A stretch of DNA of 60,172 nucleotides from Hyphochytrium catenoides (taxonomy: Eukaryota; Protista; Hyphochytriomycota), in the NCBI GenBank assembly GCA_900088475.1, contig FLMG01001246.1:1-60172 (forward strand), given 5' to 3'. The notes below the pieces were generated by a model. That model had not been told where the DNA came from. It was given only the letters and a program-made list of their open reading frames with translations, and did not search any database. Below are positions 46,595-60,164 of this stretch, piece by piece (positions within the stretch are counted from its first letter, which is position 1; every line of letters starts with the position of its first letter). The position numbers and the translations under genes are program-made.

Positions 46595-47794
46595 CCTGAT
46601 GTTCCAAAGAGAGGTCTCAAAGAGAAGCCTTTCTCAACGAACAGGGTTCACGTGAGGCATAATATGAAGAAGGGAGAGAAGATACTTGGATCCTTAAATG
46701 CATGCCAGATACATTGGCTGGCCCTTCATGAAAGAGCTAGTGGATGATGCTCTTCAAGGATTCATCCCCCTCAAATTTGGCCAGCAAAAGAACTTCACAC
46801 CTCGTTCATTGCAATAATTCTAACTACGTTACATTCTCCCTTGGCACGTTCCTCCGCCTCTTCGTCCTATAGACCCACTTCCACGCATCAGACAGCTATC
46901 AGCGTTTCAGCAGCCGTGACATAGCAAAGAGTCAAAGCAACCAGCCGAGAAAGTGCAAGAGCCTTGCTTGACAGCTGTCAATCCTTCCTCTTGCCACTGG
47001 TGACCGGACATCGGGCGCCGCGGTGGAAGCAAGCAATCCATTCAAGAGGAAGAAGCCTGTCTTTGTCTTCCGGTGGGCTGCAGAAGCTGTTACCTTTCAT
47101 CACAGCAACGGCCGTTGCAATCATAGCCGCTAACGGCCATATAGCGTTACAGGCTAGCGCTTTTACTTTTGGGGTCTACAAACTGGCTCTATTTGAGGGA
47201 GAAGATTTTAAATAAAATCAGACTCTAGTTTGATTATTTAGTTATCCGTGGTTGTGTTATTCCGAATGAGGAGGTAAAGAGGAGCCTGAGAACTCGACTA
47301 AGATCCCGAAAATTGGCACGTATCCCTGCCATTATCTTACCTTCCTTTGAGACCCCAACCCTTCAGAACCGGGACGGGCGGATACTGTGATATGTAACTT
47401 CTTCATTACGCGGATCAGGAATGGAGGCCACCCACCGCTTTCCCTAAGAGTATCTTTGGACGGTGAAGGATGGGAGGCAAATGTTTTGCCCTGCTTTTTT
47501 GCCTGGTACAGTGTGACATTCTCTGTCTAAGTTCCTGATGACAGGACAGAGATGGCGCGGGCCTGAAGTCTAACCTGAGGGTCGGTTGTTGACTCCGGTG
47601 ACTGAAGCACTGCAGTGCACTACAGTGAGATGCGGCTTGGTGTTACTGCTTCATTGTGCCAAAGGTCAGTCTGGCGCAGGAAGGTTCAGCTCCGTCCGCG
47701 GTTGAAGACAGGAGGCACATTAGAATTTGCCATCCATACAAGATACCTGTCCACTGCTGCCTCTCACTGAGGTTTTCATCAACACCAGGGGACA

Positions 47795-49075
47795 ATGATG
47801 AGAGCTGTAGCTTTGGCAGCCCTTACTTTATTAAATGGCTTGCTGGCAGTCCAAGCAGTAGCCACGCCGCAGAAGATATATGGTCTCAACTATAATCCAA
47901 GGAGGGTGGTAGGCGCCTGTCCAACTTTAGACCAAGTGCGCGAGGACCTCGCCATTCTGAAGGCATACACTTCCACGCTTCGGATCTATTCCCTTACGGA
48001 CTGCTCCCAGGGCACCCTTGTTCTTCAGGCTGCTAAGGAGACGGGAATGAAAGTGCATCTTGGCATGTGGATCACAAATGATACTGCTCTCTTTCCCGCC
48101 GAGTTTGCCGCGCTAAAGGGCATTCTAAGTTCGTCCCCTAGTCTGCTCACGAATGTGGAGTCGGTCATTGTTGGCTCTGAGGCAATCTACCGCAAGGAAC
48201 TCACGGTAGAAGAGGTCTCTAAGTATATGAGTGAAGTTAGAACGACGCTGCGTGGTGCTGGCTTGAAGACCCCAGTGACTTTCGCCGACGTCTTCCGTAC
48301 CTTTTTAGAAAACCCTGCCCTGGTCAACGCTGTTGATATCGGCATGGTCAATCAGTTTCCCTTCTGGGAGGGCAAGCCTATTGAAACAGCAGTGGACTAT
48401 CTTTTCGAGACGATGACAAAGGTGAAGACTGCGTTTGGGTCCAAAAGGTTTATTATTAGCGAGACAGGCTGGCCAGATGGCGGCAAGCCCTTCGGAGATT
48501 CTATCCCAAGCCCGGAGAATCAAAAGATGTTCTTTGATCAGTTTATCTGCAGAGCAAACGCTGAGAAATGGGAGTACTTATACTTCGCTGCCTTTGACGA
48601 CGAGTGGAAGCCCCAGTGGGAAAGAAGTGAGATAGACGTAGAAATCCACTGGGGAGTCTTTGAAGCGGATAGGGCATTGAAGAAGACTCACAATTCCAAG
48701 ATGGAAATTGACTGCTCTGCAGCACCTACATCTGGTAGCCCTACGTCGACCGGAGGTACGACAGGCAGCGTGACCACGAACAATGGCGGGACCAGCAGCG
48801 GAGGCAGCTCCACTTCATCAGGAAAGGGAGGAAAGACCGGCACTTCCCCTAGTTCAGGTAGCACTACCAGCTCCACAAGTGGGAAGCCCTCTAGTGGTTC
48901 TACCTCTTCTGACACGAGCAATGATTCAGGTTCTAGCAGCGCGGCTGACGACTCGACTTCAGGCGGCTCCGGCTCAGCTAACACCAAAAACAAGGCTGGC
49001 GAATCCGGGGCAGCGTCTGTTGCCGTCGGCGTCATCAGCTTGGCCTCGCTGGCACTATCCGTACTTCTCGCTTAA
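47795..49075 (+). CDS. GH17 beta-1,3-glucanase/glucanosyltransferase with Ser/Thr/Gly stalk and probable GPI signal
   Basis: Signal peptide; GLNYNP, LRIYS, VIVGSE (acid/base Glu), NQFPFWE, ISETGWP (nucleophile Glu), YFAAFD..WK, HWG; hydrophobic C-terminus after small residues. Confidence 0.93.
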   Translation: MMRAVALAALTLLNGLLAVQAVATPQKIYGLNYNPRRVVGACPTLDQVREDLAILKAYTSTLRIYSLTDCSQGTLVLQAAKETGMKVHLGMWITNDTALFPAEFAALKGILSSSPSLLTNVESVIVGSEAIYRKELTVEEVSKYMSEVRTTLRGAGLKTPVTFADVFRTFLENPALVNAVDIGMVNQFPFWEGKPIETAVDYLFETMTKVKTAFGSKRFIISETGWPDGGKPFGDSIPSPENQKMFFDQFICRANAEKWEYLYFAAFDDEWKPQWERSEIDVEIHWGVFEADRALKKTHNSKMEIDCSAAPTSGSPTSTGGTTGSVTTNNGGTSSGGSSTSSGKGGKTGTSPSSGSTTSSTSGKPSSGSTSSDTSNDSGSSSAADDSTSGGSGSANTKNKAGESGAASVAVGVISLASLALSVLLA

Positions 49076-49159
49076 GAAGTTGCGGACTATTTATTAGTCA
49101 ATAAATAAAGTTAAAGCCTCAGATAGTGTCAGCCTTTTCATACAAGCCCTAGAGGATGG

Positions 49160-51045
49160 CTAACTTGCTGCCTCTTTCTCGAAGAGAAGGCACCAGTTGC
49201 TCTCGTCGAAGTAACTCTCTATTACCCTGCAGTCCTTGGTAGCCTTTACCAATCCTTCTAGCTCTCCCTGACGGAAGACGTGGCAATATCTCTGCAGAAC
49301 TTGAGCGTCCCTTTCACTGTTTGGTCCCACATCTTCTTCGGCCTTAGCAGTCACATCCGATTGCAACTCTCCAGCAAATCGCGCCTGCAGGTGCCAGGGC
49401 ACCAGTAAGTCCTGTTTGTACTGAACAAACTGACGTTTCGATGATTCTTTCTGCTCTTGAGCCCATGCATATATCAGTCCTCGTCCTCCAGGCTTTAGAA
49501 TTCTCTGCAGCTCGATGACGGCCTTTCTGCGGTGTGTTTCCGTGCTCAGATGGTGAATGACGGCTATAGAAATGACGGCATCAAAAGCATTGCTTCTCAA
49601 GGGTATAGTCAAAGCATCTGCTCGAAATGTGGGCCGCCCAGTCTCGTTAGCACAGATGCTGACAAGATTTTGGCTTCGGTCACACCCAATCACCAAACAA
49701 TCTGGTCGAACACACTTCATATACTTTCCATTCCCACAGCCAATGTCTGCCACCACAGCGCCAGGAGGAAGGGAGAGAAGAAAGTGTTGGACTCGGGGCC
49801 AAGGTGCATATCTTGTGCTGCTGAAGTGCCTCGCCGCTTGTTCGTAGAACAGGTGGACATATTGCTGCTCCATCGGTGTGGGCTTAAGACTCTCCGGCTC
49901 TGCACCAGCTGCCTGTCGCTTTGAAAATGAGTCGCATTGCTCTATATACTTGCAATTGCAGTCATTGATGCGAAGATGTCGGCAGGTGATTGAGACTCTG
50001 CGCTTCCGAGGCATGATAATCCCATCTATAACATCACACTTTCTTGGCACTATGCCGTGAGTCCACTCATAGCGGCACGGACCAGAAAGCACAAGGAGAG
50101 AGCGCGGTTTAAGCCAGAGACTGTGCTTGGCCCCGGATGGATGCTTGAAGTCCATAACAATGCCCGCAGCTAAGCTGATGATGGCAATGCCGTCTTCAAA
50201 CTGACTGTGAGCATCTATGTGATGGGCTATCCCCTGCCCTGGTAGATACTCATTGGCGGTTACTTGGTCGCAGAAGCTCATCTGAGGACAATCCTGTGGA
50301 AGCCTATTGACAATCTCAGAAAGTAGCTTTGGTTCTGAAGGAACTGGAAGGGACCTATCCGCAGCATTCTTGGTATAGTCAAACGCACAGCGATAATGCT
50401 GAACCCTGCGCCCTTTAACATTGTCTAGCCAACCGTTAGAAGCCTCCTCGCTGGTGATGTCGTCTAGTTGTGAGAGTAAAAGGCGTTCCTCCTCTTCCGA
50501 GAGCCAGCTCTCAATATAAACGCAGCCTTCTACAATCTCTTCAATCCTAACAGGCGGGATAGAATCAACAGAAGCCACTCCAGTCACATCGGCAACGGTA
50601 GGCGCTTGAGTACGTCGGCTTGCAAAGGTCATCGAAAGAGTTCTTCCATGGAGAACATCGCAAGGCTTGTCGTCCAGGGCCTCCTTAGCTGCTTGAGCCT
50701 CCTCCGCGGATTGAAAAATGACTACCGCTACACGCTTACCATCGGCGGAGCATATGACGCCCTCAAACCCCGCAAAAGAGTCAAAAACCTGGAGAGGGAA
50801 GAGAGCAGGAATTCAATGTCAGAATCAGATATTCGGGTAAGAGGCAGTAACGTCCTCTCTACCTTTTGGAAAGTCGCCTTGGTGTATGTGTTCTTCTTCA
50901 CCTTTCTACTCCATTGTATATACAAGTATGGTGACGCCTGGCGCTGGTTTGGGTCGTCATCCTCCTTCAGCGGCACGAACCAGCTGATGGATGGTTGCGA
51001 GCTCGAGGCACGCCGATAAGCTTGTTCTGAAGCTTCTTCAGCCAT
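49160..51045 (-). CDS. ALKBH8: tRNA wobble-uridine methyltransferase/dioxygenase ALKBH8 (RRM + AlkB + Zn-finger + SAM MTase), 2 exons with intron 50862-50789
   Basis: The spliced RRM reads VFDSFAGFEGV...AVVIFQSAEEAQAAKEAL. It is followed by NEYLPGQGIAHHID, WTHGI, RVSITCR, CNC....CD, HFSSTRY.PWP, DIGCGNGKY, IAVIHH and QRYCHVF. Confidence 0.95.
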
Positions 51046-52229
51046 AGGACAACTGCGTACTCGCAACTTAGCCTCTCTTCCAATATGTCAACTTGGAGTC
51101 AGAAGGCTCTCGTTTTCAAACGGTCAAGCTAGTACTTCTTGGTCATGGCTTTGAGGTTGTCCTAGGGTCTGGCTATCTCTCATCTGCCTGCAGAGGAGCG
51201 CTTTGCCAGGATTGCTCTCAAAATATGGTCCAGTTGTCCTCTTTCTCCATGGCTTCCTTCGTGTGAGAGTTCTTGAGCTTCTTATCCATTGAGCCAGCAG
51301 AAGCAGATTCTGAAGATTGATGGCAGAGTTTTGAAGCTTTGTAGCTCTAATGCTAGTCGTTGTCGATGTTCTGTCAGTACGTGTGTTGTATCAAGGTCGT
51401 TAGCGGTTGGTAGGCGCTGTTATTGGAAATGAGAAGAATGAAGAATAATGCAGATCTCAGGTTCATCTCCAGAGTCTTCAGAGCTGTCTTCAGAGAAGAT
51501 GCGGCTGTCGTTGTCAAGGATGGTCATTCAGCAAGGGGTGCACGGAGGAGGCAGGTTTCTTTGACCTGCAATATGACTCTCCGGTGCTGTCCCCCTGCTG
51601 GACGCACCACTTATCGTAGTGGGAGGAATCGACGCCCTCCTAAAGCATTAAGCGTGATTCCTCCCCGCACAGATCAGGCCCAGGAGGTTGATGACTGCTA
51701 CTACGTTATGAGAGACTGTCTCCTACCAGTCCTAGCTAGCTTTCGTACTCAACATAACACGCTGTCCTTCACCTCTGAACAAGAGGCACAAAGCTAGCTC
51801 CTCTGCCTGGCCGCTCCGCACATTTTCGTAGTGCTAACTGGTTTCATGAGGTAGTCAAACAACACAATTCAGTGCGCTTGGCGTGGTCCTGTTCTCTTGA
51901 ACCGCTTCTGCTGCTTGAGATTACGCGGCTCTTCAGAGGCTTCATCTCGTTTCCAGGGCTACCTATGTACCGCTTTGTCGTGACCAGCCTAAGTGAAGCT
52001 GGTGTAAGAGGAGGGGCAATAAGGAGACCTATAATAAAGAGGCAGTAAGGAGATCTCGTGGCTCTTCTAGAATGGTGAGGTCAAGAGGAGCAGAGATGGA
52101 CTAGGGGCAAGGTGGTATAACTAGCGGTCTAATCTTCATATGCAATTATTTAAAATATGTATTTATGTAAATAGAGTACTCTAGACGAACAACTGTACAA
52201 CATAAAGAAAATGAATACGGCGTATGTTG

Positions 52230-55200
52230 TCTCCTCCTGGAGGCTTTGCTTTCTTCTTGACGATCTCCTCCTGCTACTGTCAGCGTTCTACGCGCGAGGG
52301 TTACTCTCATCTAGGATGACTAGGATGACATTGAAGGCAGCAGAGAGGCAGAGACAAAAGACTTAGTGAAGGACGGATAATAACGGCCAAAAAAATAAGT
52401 CTATCTCTGCCTTCACTCGACTCCCCGCGAACCTCGTACTTCCCACCCTGCAAAGAACCTTGGCATCATCCGTCGTGACTACTACTTACCTTTTGGATGT
52501 TTTCTACGCCTTCTTCTTGGGGTGGGCCGTACATCTAGGCGACTGTGACGGTACGACCTGCAGGTTATTCATATTGTAAAGTGAGACAACTCAACTACAA
52601 AGAGGAAGACGAGGAAGAAGAGCGGGTGACTGGGACCGGATAAGGAGAGCGGCAATACTAGCGTTTCAGAATGCCATCCCGCCCCTCTTGTAGAGAGAGA
52701 TGCACTTACCATCAGGGCCTGGAAAAGGAGAAGATCTGGCGAGGTAGTCCAGAGCAATCTGGATATAGACACCAGCTTGATGGAGGCTTTGCACTTCACT
52801 GCGCTTTCCTACGCAATATATAGGTTGAAGGAATATTAGCTGAGTTATGAACAGACCAGGTAAAACGGAGTGATCCCCAGGAGGACGGGACGTCCAAAGT
52901 AGTATATTTGAAAGAAATAGTTGTTCTCTTTCCAAACGACGTGGTACCTACCTTCAGCGCCAAGAGTGGCTTTCTTGCGATCTATTATTATCACGGCTCG
53001 GGCTAACAGCTTGCTGCAACGGACGACAACAACAAAACAGCGGGTAAGGCAGTGACACTGATTGAACTTGAGGTTGAGACGGGACGAAATCGCGCATAGA
53101 AAGAAAATCGTCATGATGAGGCTGTAGCTAGCAACAAGCAAGAAAGTCCTACACGTAGAGGATGGGGCGATAGCAGTGAAGTGGCTGGACATCTTTCGTT
53201 GCACCATTGCAGTCTACACAGAAGGGTACTCCCGCTACCTTACCGTGAAGTTTGTAGAAAGGCTGGATTGGTAGCTCGTTTGACCAGGATGGTGGCCTCC
53301 CTATATTTGCCTTGGCAAAAGAGGGTCTAGACGATGGAATGAAGAGTGTAAATACCTGAGAAGAAGCCCGCATGCCAGAAGGGCGAACCACAAAATGGAA
53401 CAAACGCCGCATGCATGTAGTGGGAGATTGAAGGAAGAAACGCTTTACCTTTATCAGGCCACCGTAGGCATTGTTCCACCACTCTAGATGAAGTGCGGTT
53501 CCTGCACCTCTTGCCATCTCCTCTACGCGGGCAGCCACCTCAAGAGCAATTCTGGAATGTGTTGCATAGAGCTGTTACTTTATGGATCCATGGGAAAGAC
53601 TTGATGATCAACATTAAAAGCACTTAACAGACCGATCCAAGATTTATGATCATAGCGCAGAGCAGGTAGTGAAAGCAAAAAGAATCCTGACCCTGCTTAT
53701 GAGTAAAGCCAGAGGCTACTTCAAAGGAGGGGTAGTCTAGGTAAAGCGAAAAACGAACGGGAAAGCACAAGGTAAGACTCGGTTGCTCACACCGTGATCA
53801 AATCGTAAGTGACAGAATAATAGTGCCAGAGAGGAAGCTAGTCTGTGGTGCTTACCTGAAGGATTCTTCCGCTTCCTGGAAGTGGCCCATACTTAGCAGA
53901 GCGTATCCTCTTCGGCTCCTGAGGTAGCAGCGTAGGCGTGACGCTTGGAGGAGCACAGGTGAAGAAGGCGCGATCTCATGAACCAAAATTCCTAGCCCTA
54001 CTTCATATAGATCCTGCACCAGGGCAATGAGTCCGGGTTATCCCAAGCAGAAGGCGAAGAGAGTTGATATGAAGCTCTAAATAGCGACAACATTCTCAGG
54101 TACGGCAACCAGAGGCTAGGATTTAGTAAAAGCAACAATAACAGAAGAACAGCAATGAGCGTCATAGTAGAAGATAGTTCCAACCGCAGCTGCTTGAAAG
54201 TCTGTCGCAGCCATCTTCTCTCGGCCTTTGATTAGCCTCTCCCAAGCCTGATTCATGGCTTGCTCCTCTTTCTCCGTGCCAAAGACTTGATGGAACTGAC
54301 TGGGAAGCTTCAGCATCTCACCACCTTCACCCTCAAATTCCGTGTCAAGATTCCTACCGAGGCTGGATGGAGAGTGGAGAGTACGGACATTGTCCACCTG
54401 TTCCCCTGGTTCTGATCGAGGGGGCAATGTATAACCCGACATTATCTCGTCTGGAGGCGGTGCTTCATGACTGGTGGGGAACTCTTCGAACGCGGAATAA
54501 TACGAAGCCACAGAAGATGCCGGAGAGGGTGGCGCCTCGCAGGCCTCTTCCTGGAATTCTTTCTCCGTTGCTTCATCTCTATATTCTGGTTCTTGTCTCT
54601 TCTCGTCGTCCTCCGGGCGTAATTCTTCCCCCCAGCTTGTTTCCTCCTCCTCCACCTTTTGGAGCTTCTCTCCGATAGCCTTCTTCTCCTCCTCTTTCTG
54701 GGTCTCGCGTGAATGAACCTCCTCCTCTCCCACATCATGAGCTTCCTCCGTAACTAAGCTCAAGTTGTCCACCCCAGCATCTCCCTCATTACCATCTTCC
54801 TCCTCATCCTCCTTCTCATTTGTCTCCTTTCCCTCCTCCTCTTCTTGGTCTCTCGTCCCATCAAGTCCGGTCACATTTTCCAGGTCCTCCCCTTCTATTC
54901 TTGGTGGACAAGCTCCTCCCCAAATGGTGGCAGGGGCTTCAACAAGCGGAGCAGCACCAGCATGTGAAGGAAAGCCTTGCGACTCATCGCCAGGAGTATC
55001 AGCTGTACCCGAATCCTCATTGCTGACGACGGAGACGATGTTCGGTCGACGAACAGAAAGAATGGTTTCCGGCATGACGCTTCGACGACTTTTCCGTTCT
55101 TGAGGAAGGTTTTGGTTAGAGGTACGCATGGCAGGACAACCAAGCACCGGACTTCCGTCGAGAGCGCCGTCTGATAAAAGAGAAGCATCCCCTGGTCCTC

Positions 55201-56522
55201 CTTCGCATTTCGGGCCTCCCTCTGCATAGTGGGAGCAGTAATTAGAGATGAGAATGTGGAATCACGTCTTCGGCATCCTCTGTAATTGCAGCGCCAGACT
55301 CATCCAGCCAAGAGAGAAGGTAACAGAAACGTCATGGGAGAGGAGCCACATCGTCATACGATGGAAGTGTCCGTAGATAAAAGTGCCCTTTTTTAAAGGT
55401 CGGTAAGCGGAGAAGGAGAATAGTGATGCTTACCGCCAACAGCCGAGCGGAAGAAACGGAGCTTGACGTCGCGATTCAGCCAGGGTCCATTTCTGGGCCT
55501 TTTGTCAGATGTCCAAGCGGTGAGAACATGAGACAATCTCTCCCCGGCCATTTTTCCTAGGAGCCTAATTCCCGTAGGCTGATAATATGGAGCCAAGTAT
55601 AGAGAAACGAAAGAGAATATATGAGGTCAGCAGGCCGAAAGATCCAGCAAGTGAGCCAGAGTCCATCGCATAGAGATGGAGTTTGCTTCTTTTTTAGTCA
55701 AAGGACAACAAGCATAAGATCCCGGCGTACCTCAGGTGGAGGGGTCCAAGGCGTAGGAGATCGTGGTAAGGCTTCGCTCCTTTCGTACTGACCAATAATG
55801 CATAGCTGATGCGATAAGGTAGTTAGAAGAATGGGATATTAATGCAGGACGTTAGCGAATTGGGAAGATAATCCAAGCTCGAGTGTAGCTTTACCTCCGT
55901 TTCTTGCTTTTGCATTTGCAAATAATCTCTGTCCTGACGACTGAGGCACTCGCCGGGTCTTTCCAAGCGGCTACAACCGATTGGAAGGGGATGGTGGCCA
56001 GGCCGCCATCCCAGAGGAATCATCTCAGCACCTATGATATTAGGTTGAAAGAGGGGAAAAGGAATGGGCCTTCGATCAAACTTTACTGAGTTTCGACGCA
56101 AAAAAATTAGCTTAAGAATTGGCTTTGATGGTGTGGAGGTCTTTTGCTGCTCGCTGTCTTTTTTTGCTGCTCGCTTTGGTGGAAACTGCAAAATGAAGGC
56201 TCATGGAAGCATGTGCCCCTATTAGAACCACACAGTGGTAGACAAACAGGCACCGATGACTCCCGCCTGTTGCAGAGGAGAAAGAAAGACAGAGAGCAGA
56301 GGTGGCACTCAAGATATTGGTTAGGGTTTCCACCTTGAGAGCCTTCAGAAACCAGAGAGACCTTTTGAGCTGGTGTCCTTGGGATCGAAAGAGGAAGCGC
56401 GAAGACTGATGACAGAAACTAGTTACTGTTACATAGGCTACTGAGACAGGCATTTGGTACGTACCAGGCTTTGACGGGTGGGAGTCATATCTTAAGATAT
56501 GTTGGGCGTGGCGTTGAGTCAT
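52230..56522 (-). CDS. Multi-exon gene of unknown function with a long acidic exon and TPR-like helices; structure only partly resolved
   Basis: There is a large Glu-rich exon (about 54180-55222). Exons with good splice sites encode RRGYALLSMGHFQEAEESF and TLFCQGKYREATILVKRA. Some exon phases could not be reconciled and the boundaries are approximate. Confidence 0.45.
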
Positions 56523-56710
56523 CGGCGAGGAGAAAAGACAGGCAACCGCGCAGGCGTTGAATAGAGGGACGGCCACCATAGAGAAAGGAGCTTAAAAAAG
56601 ACGAAGGGAGGTCAGGAAGGTGTCGGAGGGAAGGGGCGATAACGCTGTGGCCAAGTTGAAGAGTCAGTTAACCTGACTTCGTTTATTTCAGTCAATCAAC
56701 CAGCAGGCAG

Positions 56711-57645
56711 ATGGGCAGTGTGGCAAGTGCTCTTTCTGACGCTCGCCAGAGGTATCAAGAGGACTTACAAGAAGCCCGGAAAGAATCATTCCGGCTTCGA
56801 TTCCCCTCACTACCTATCCGTATGCTGATGTTTCCCCTGCCCAGCCTAGTCGAAGGGTTAGTACCTGTTTCTTTCTGCCTTCTTAGTGTCCGTCTTAGAC
56901 CATGCCCCATCCATCGTTGTCTCCACTCTCCTATACTGTTCCCTTCAGCCCATCTTTCAGGCTTTTCCTTTCCTCAGCATATGACTTTGCGATTGGCCCA
57001 TTCGGGGCGGGACAGTTTCATGACCCACGGCAGCGGAGTGGGTGCTGAATGAAGGTCAAGGTCAGCGTGTGAAGGGCCCGAAAATGTTCAAGCCAAGCCA
57101 AGTAGACACAGCCTATGTGCAATGGTCCGTCCGACTGTTGTCGGACCTCATCTTTGATCGATCTGCGTGTTCACTCCCATCTGCTCGAGAGAAGTTGGGT
57201 CTTATCGAACAGTTATCTCTCCGTCTTGACTGTATCGGTACTGTCTCAGTGCTCGCATTCTTGCATTCAGCCGCTGAGGCTTCCATAGTAGGCTAGACAC
57301 CCCCAAAAAACACTGATAAAAGTCGTCTGACTGTCGACGTGGTCGTTTCTCTTCTCTCCCTCATCTCGGGCTTGATGTCGTTTGGCAGAGCTCCAGAAGA
57401 TGCCGCCAAGGGACAAGGATGATGGATCAACGGTCACAAGCAGAATGTGTCGTCGCCTGTCTCAAACGCTGAAGGACCGACGACTCTTTGCCTCAAGCTC
57501 GCTACTGCTTTTGATTGCAGTCGTCAGCTGATGAAGCTTGATTGACTGGCAAGAGTATCAGGGCAGTTGATAGACAGTCTTGTTTACTCGTCCCCTGCTG
57601 TTGTTTGCTCTCTCTTCCTCTGCAACAGCAGGTACTACCTTCCAT

Positions 57646-57695
<50 letters not shown>

Positions 57696-58610
57696 TTCCT
57701 CTCTTGCTCTGCTCGTCTTGCTCACTCTTGCTGGGTTATTGATCATCTTGGCTGGCGATGCCTATCTCGTAAGTACTCTGTCTTCCTTGTTGTCGCTTGG
57801 GGATAGTTCTTATGAGGTATCTGTCACCTGAGTCTGTCTCCCACTAACCCCACCTGTCACGCAAACCCATAGGTTCCCCAATGGATCATCTCTTCATCAG
57901 CCCACCCATCCTCAATCCGCCCCCTTTCTATTTTAGTGGTTAGTCATCAGCAAATTGCCTTCGATTGCCCTAAGATTTGCCTAAGAGTGGTCAGAGGAAC
58001 AAAGCCACCCACCCACCCACTACATCACAAGATGTACCAAGTGTGCCCTTTCGACGTGGATCCTCAGTCAGTAACTCCCAGTCGTCTCCTCCTGCTCTCT
58101 CCTCCACCACCAGCAACAACCCTTACGAAGATGAAGATCATGCTCCTGCTGCTGCTGCGGCGGCTACGGCTGGCTGGCTGGTAGTTGTTACTCGGCAGTG
58201 CAGAAGACTGTTGCCCTGTTCGCTTGAGCAGTGTGATCGTCATTCAGGGCGCGGCTTTATGGTATGGTATCACTGATGTCATTATTGTGGGTCAAGCAAT
58301 GAGGGAGACAAGGATCGTCCTTGTTCACCTTGCCTCCTACAAAGGACGCTCTGTGACAATAGCATGTTTAGCTCTCGTAGTAGATACATAGACCGTTGCG
58401 GACGTGACTCATCAGTTATAGCGTGATCAATATGCATAACTTCTGGAAGTAGTACTTCCGCTCACCCTCCTTGTTGGCACCTTAGTGGACACAAATCTTA
58501 AAGGAGGGCGCTACTACGTCAGTCGGCATCGACAAAGCGGCACCAGTTGCTACTACGCTGCATCATCCCAGACACTACCAAACCGAGCGCAGATCTTCCT
58601 GCAACAAGGT
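56711..58610 (+). other. Probable small-exon gene, unresolved
   Basis: Series of pyrimidine-rich AG acceptors and GT donors with short candidate exons (e.g. AYDFAIGPFGAGQFHDPRQR and a Ser/Pro-rich segment). No consistent spliced frame was obtained. Confidence 0.25.
57649..57690. repeat. (CT)n microsatellite
   Basis: Directly visible. Confidence 0.95.
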
Positions 58611-60140
58611 GAGCATCAGTTACTACCTACAGGAGACCTCCAAGCTTTACGCGTCCTTCTAGCCTGTCATCTTCATGGTAGTGCACAAAGAGAAGACCCA
58701 TGCTGCCGATTTAGATCCTCCACCTGCTAACCTGCTGCATGCTTCCTATTTATTATAAACCGAGATGGTCTGGAGTTACTAGGTGGCCAGATTCTTCGTT
58801 GTACAATCATCGTAAGACAGCTGTAAATTGTTACCGCTTTTAAGTGGTGACCATATCGCGTACAGATCTCTATTCTGTCTCGTCAATGTAAAACCTATTA
58901 CGTTGCTTCTCGTGCGACAAGAACATCATCATAGGCCCGTCATGATTCGCCATTTATTTTTGCCAAAGAGAGACTAGACTTTTCAAGCAGCGGCCAACTC
59001 ATGGCGCACCGTACGCACAATTATTCCCCAAGCAGCCCCAAGCGGACAACGTACGCCTCAGCAACCACTTATCAACAGAGGCGTCTTCGTTATAACAGAG
59101 ACGACATTGTCTGAGGATCTTCTTGCGTCGTCAGAGGATAGCCCGATTCCTTGCACAATAGTAGAGTGTTGTTCTTCTCAGGGGAGGCCGTACAAATGTA
59201 TCCAATATACGGAGTAGTAGTTTTTGCGCTCGGTCCAAGCGTCGATGCATCCCACTACTAACACCGCTTCGCCGTGATTGGGTATGGCCGTTGTTCAGCA
59301 CACCCTTTCGAACTTGTCTTGCACATCGTTTTACTTTGCGCAGCAGCACTAAGTGATGAAGAGCACTCAACCGATGAGCTTTCGGACAATGCTGACCCAG
59401 AGATAATTTGTCTTACGGTGACTTCTCTTGATGGTAGCCAGACAATTGCTGTGAATCCTGGCGACGGTGATGCCACTTGAGCGATAAAGAGGACCTTTAG
59501 TACCGGCCCCGTCCTCCTTATCTAGGGAGTACTTCCGAGCCCTGACCGCCTATGACTTCGTCGTTGTGAAAAGGCTGGATTATTATGGAACGGGTTCTAC
59601 ACTGGCCCAGAACGAAAGGGATCTACATCCACACCTCTGTGCGGCGTGTGGGCACTGCTAGTGTAAGTGAGAGAGGAGGGACATGACTTAGAAACCGGGA
59701 GGACATCAGGAAAAGTACCTACAACAGAGTCCTCATCAATCCTTCATAGCTAAATGTTATGCCGTGGGTAACAACGCACTCGTCTCAAGTAACAGAAGTA
59801 GTAGTAGTCTCTACTACTGACAGCAAGACTCTGTTCTTCACTCTCCAGGCAAGAGTTATACCTGTCACATAGCTTACACCTACTACTCCCGTTTTCTGCG
59901 ATACGCATGCACCATCATCATCAATGATCCTTGTAATAGACAGAACAACTTTCTTATTTAAAACTATCTAACCGGAGCCCTAGACACATCATGTCCTATT
60001 AATAGGCTCAAACGACAAGAAGACGGAGAAGTGGAGAGAAGAGAGATCAGATACGGGACGCCAGCAGCAAGCCTGGCGCACCACAGAGAGCCTAGCTTAG
60101 GTCATGATGACGACCCAACCCCAGCATCACTGCCTCCCTT

Positions 60141-60164
60141 AGGGGCAGGGGCAGGGGCAGGGGC
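60141..60164. repeat. (AGGGGC)4 hexamer repeat
   Basis: Directly visible at the window end. Confidence 0.9.

Noticed and set aside
60141-60164. G-quadruplex or telomere-like repeat
   Set aside because: Only four units are present, and they are equally explained as Ala-Pro codons on the minus strand of a gene extending beyond the window.
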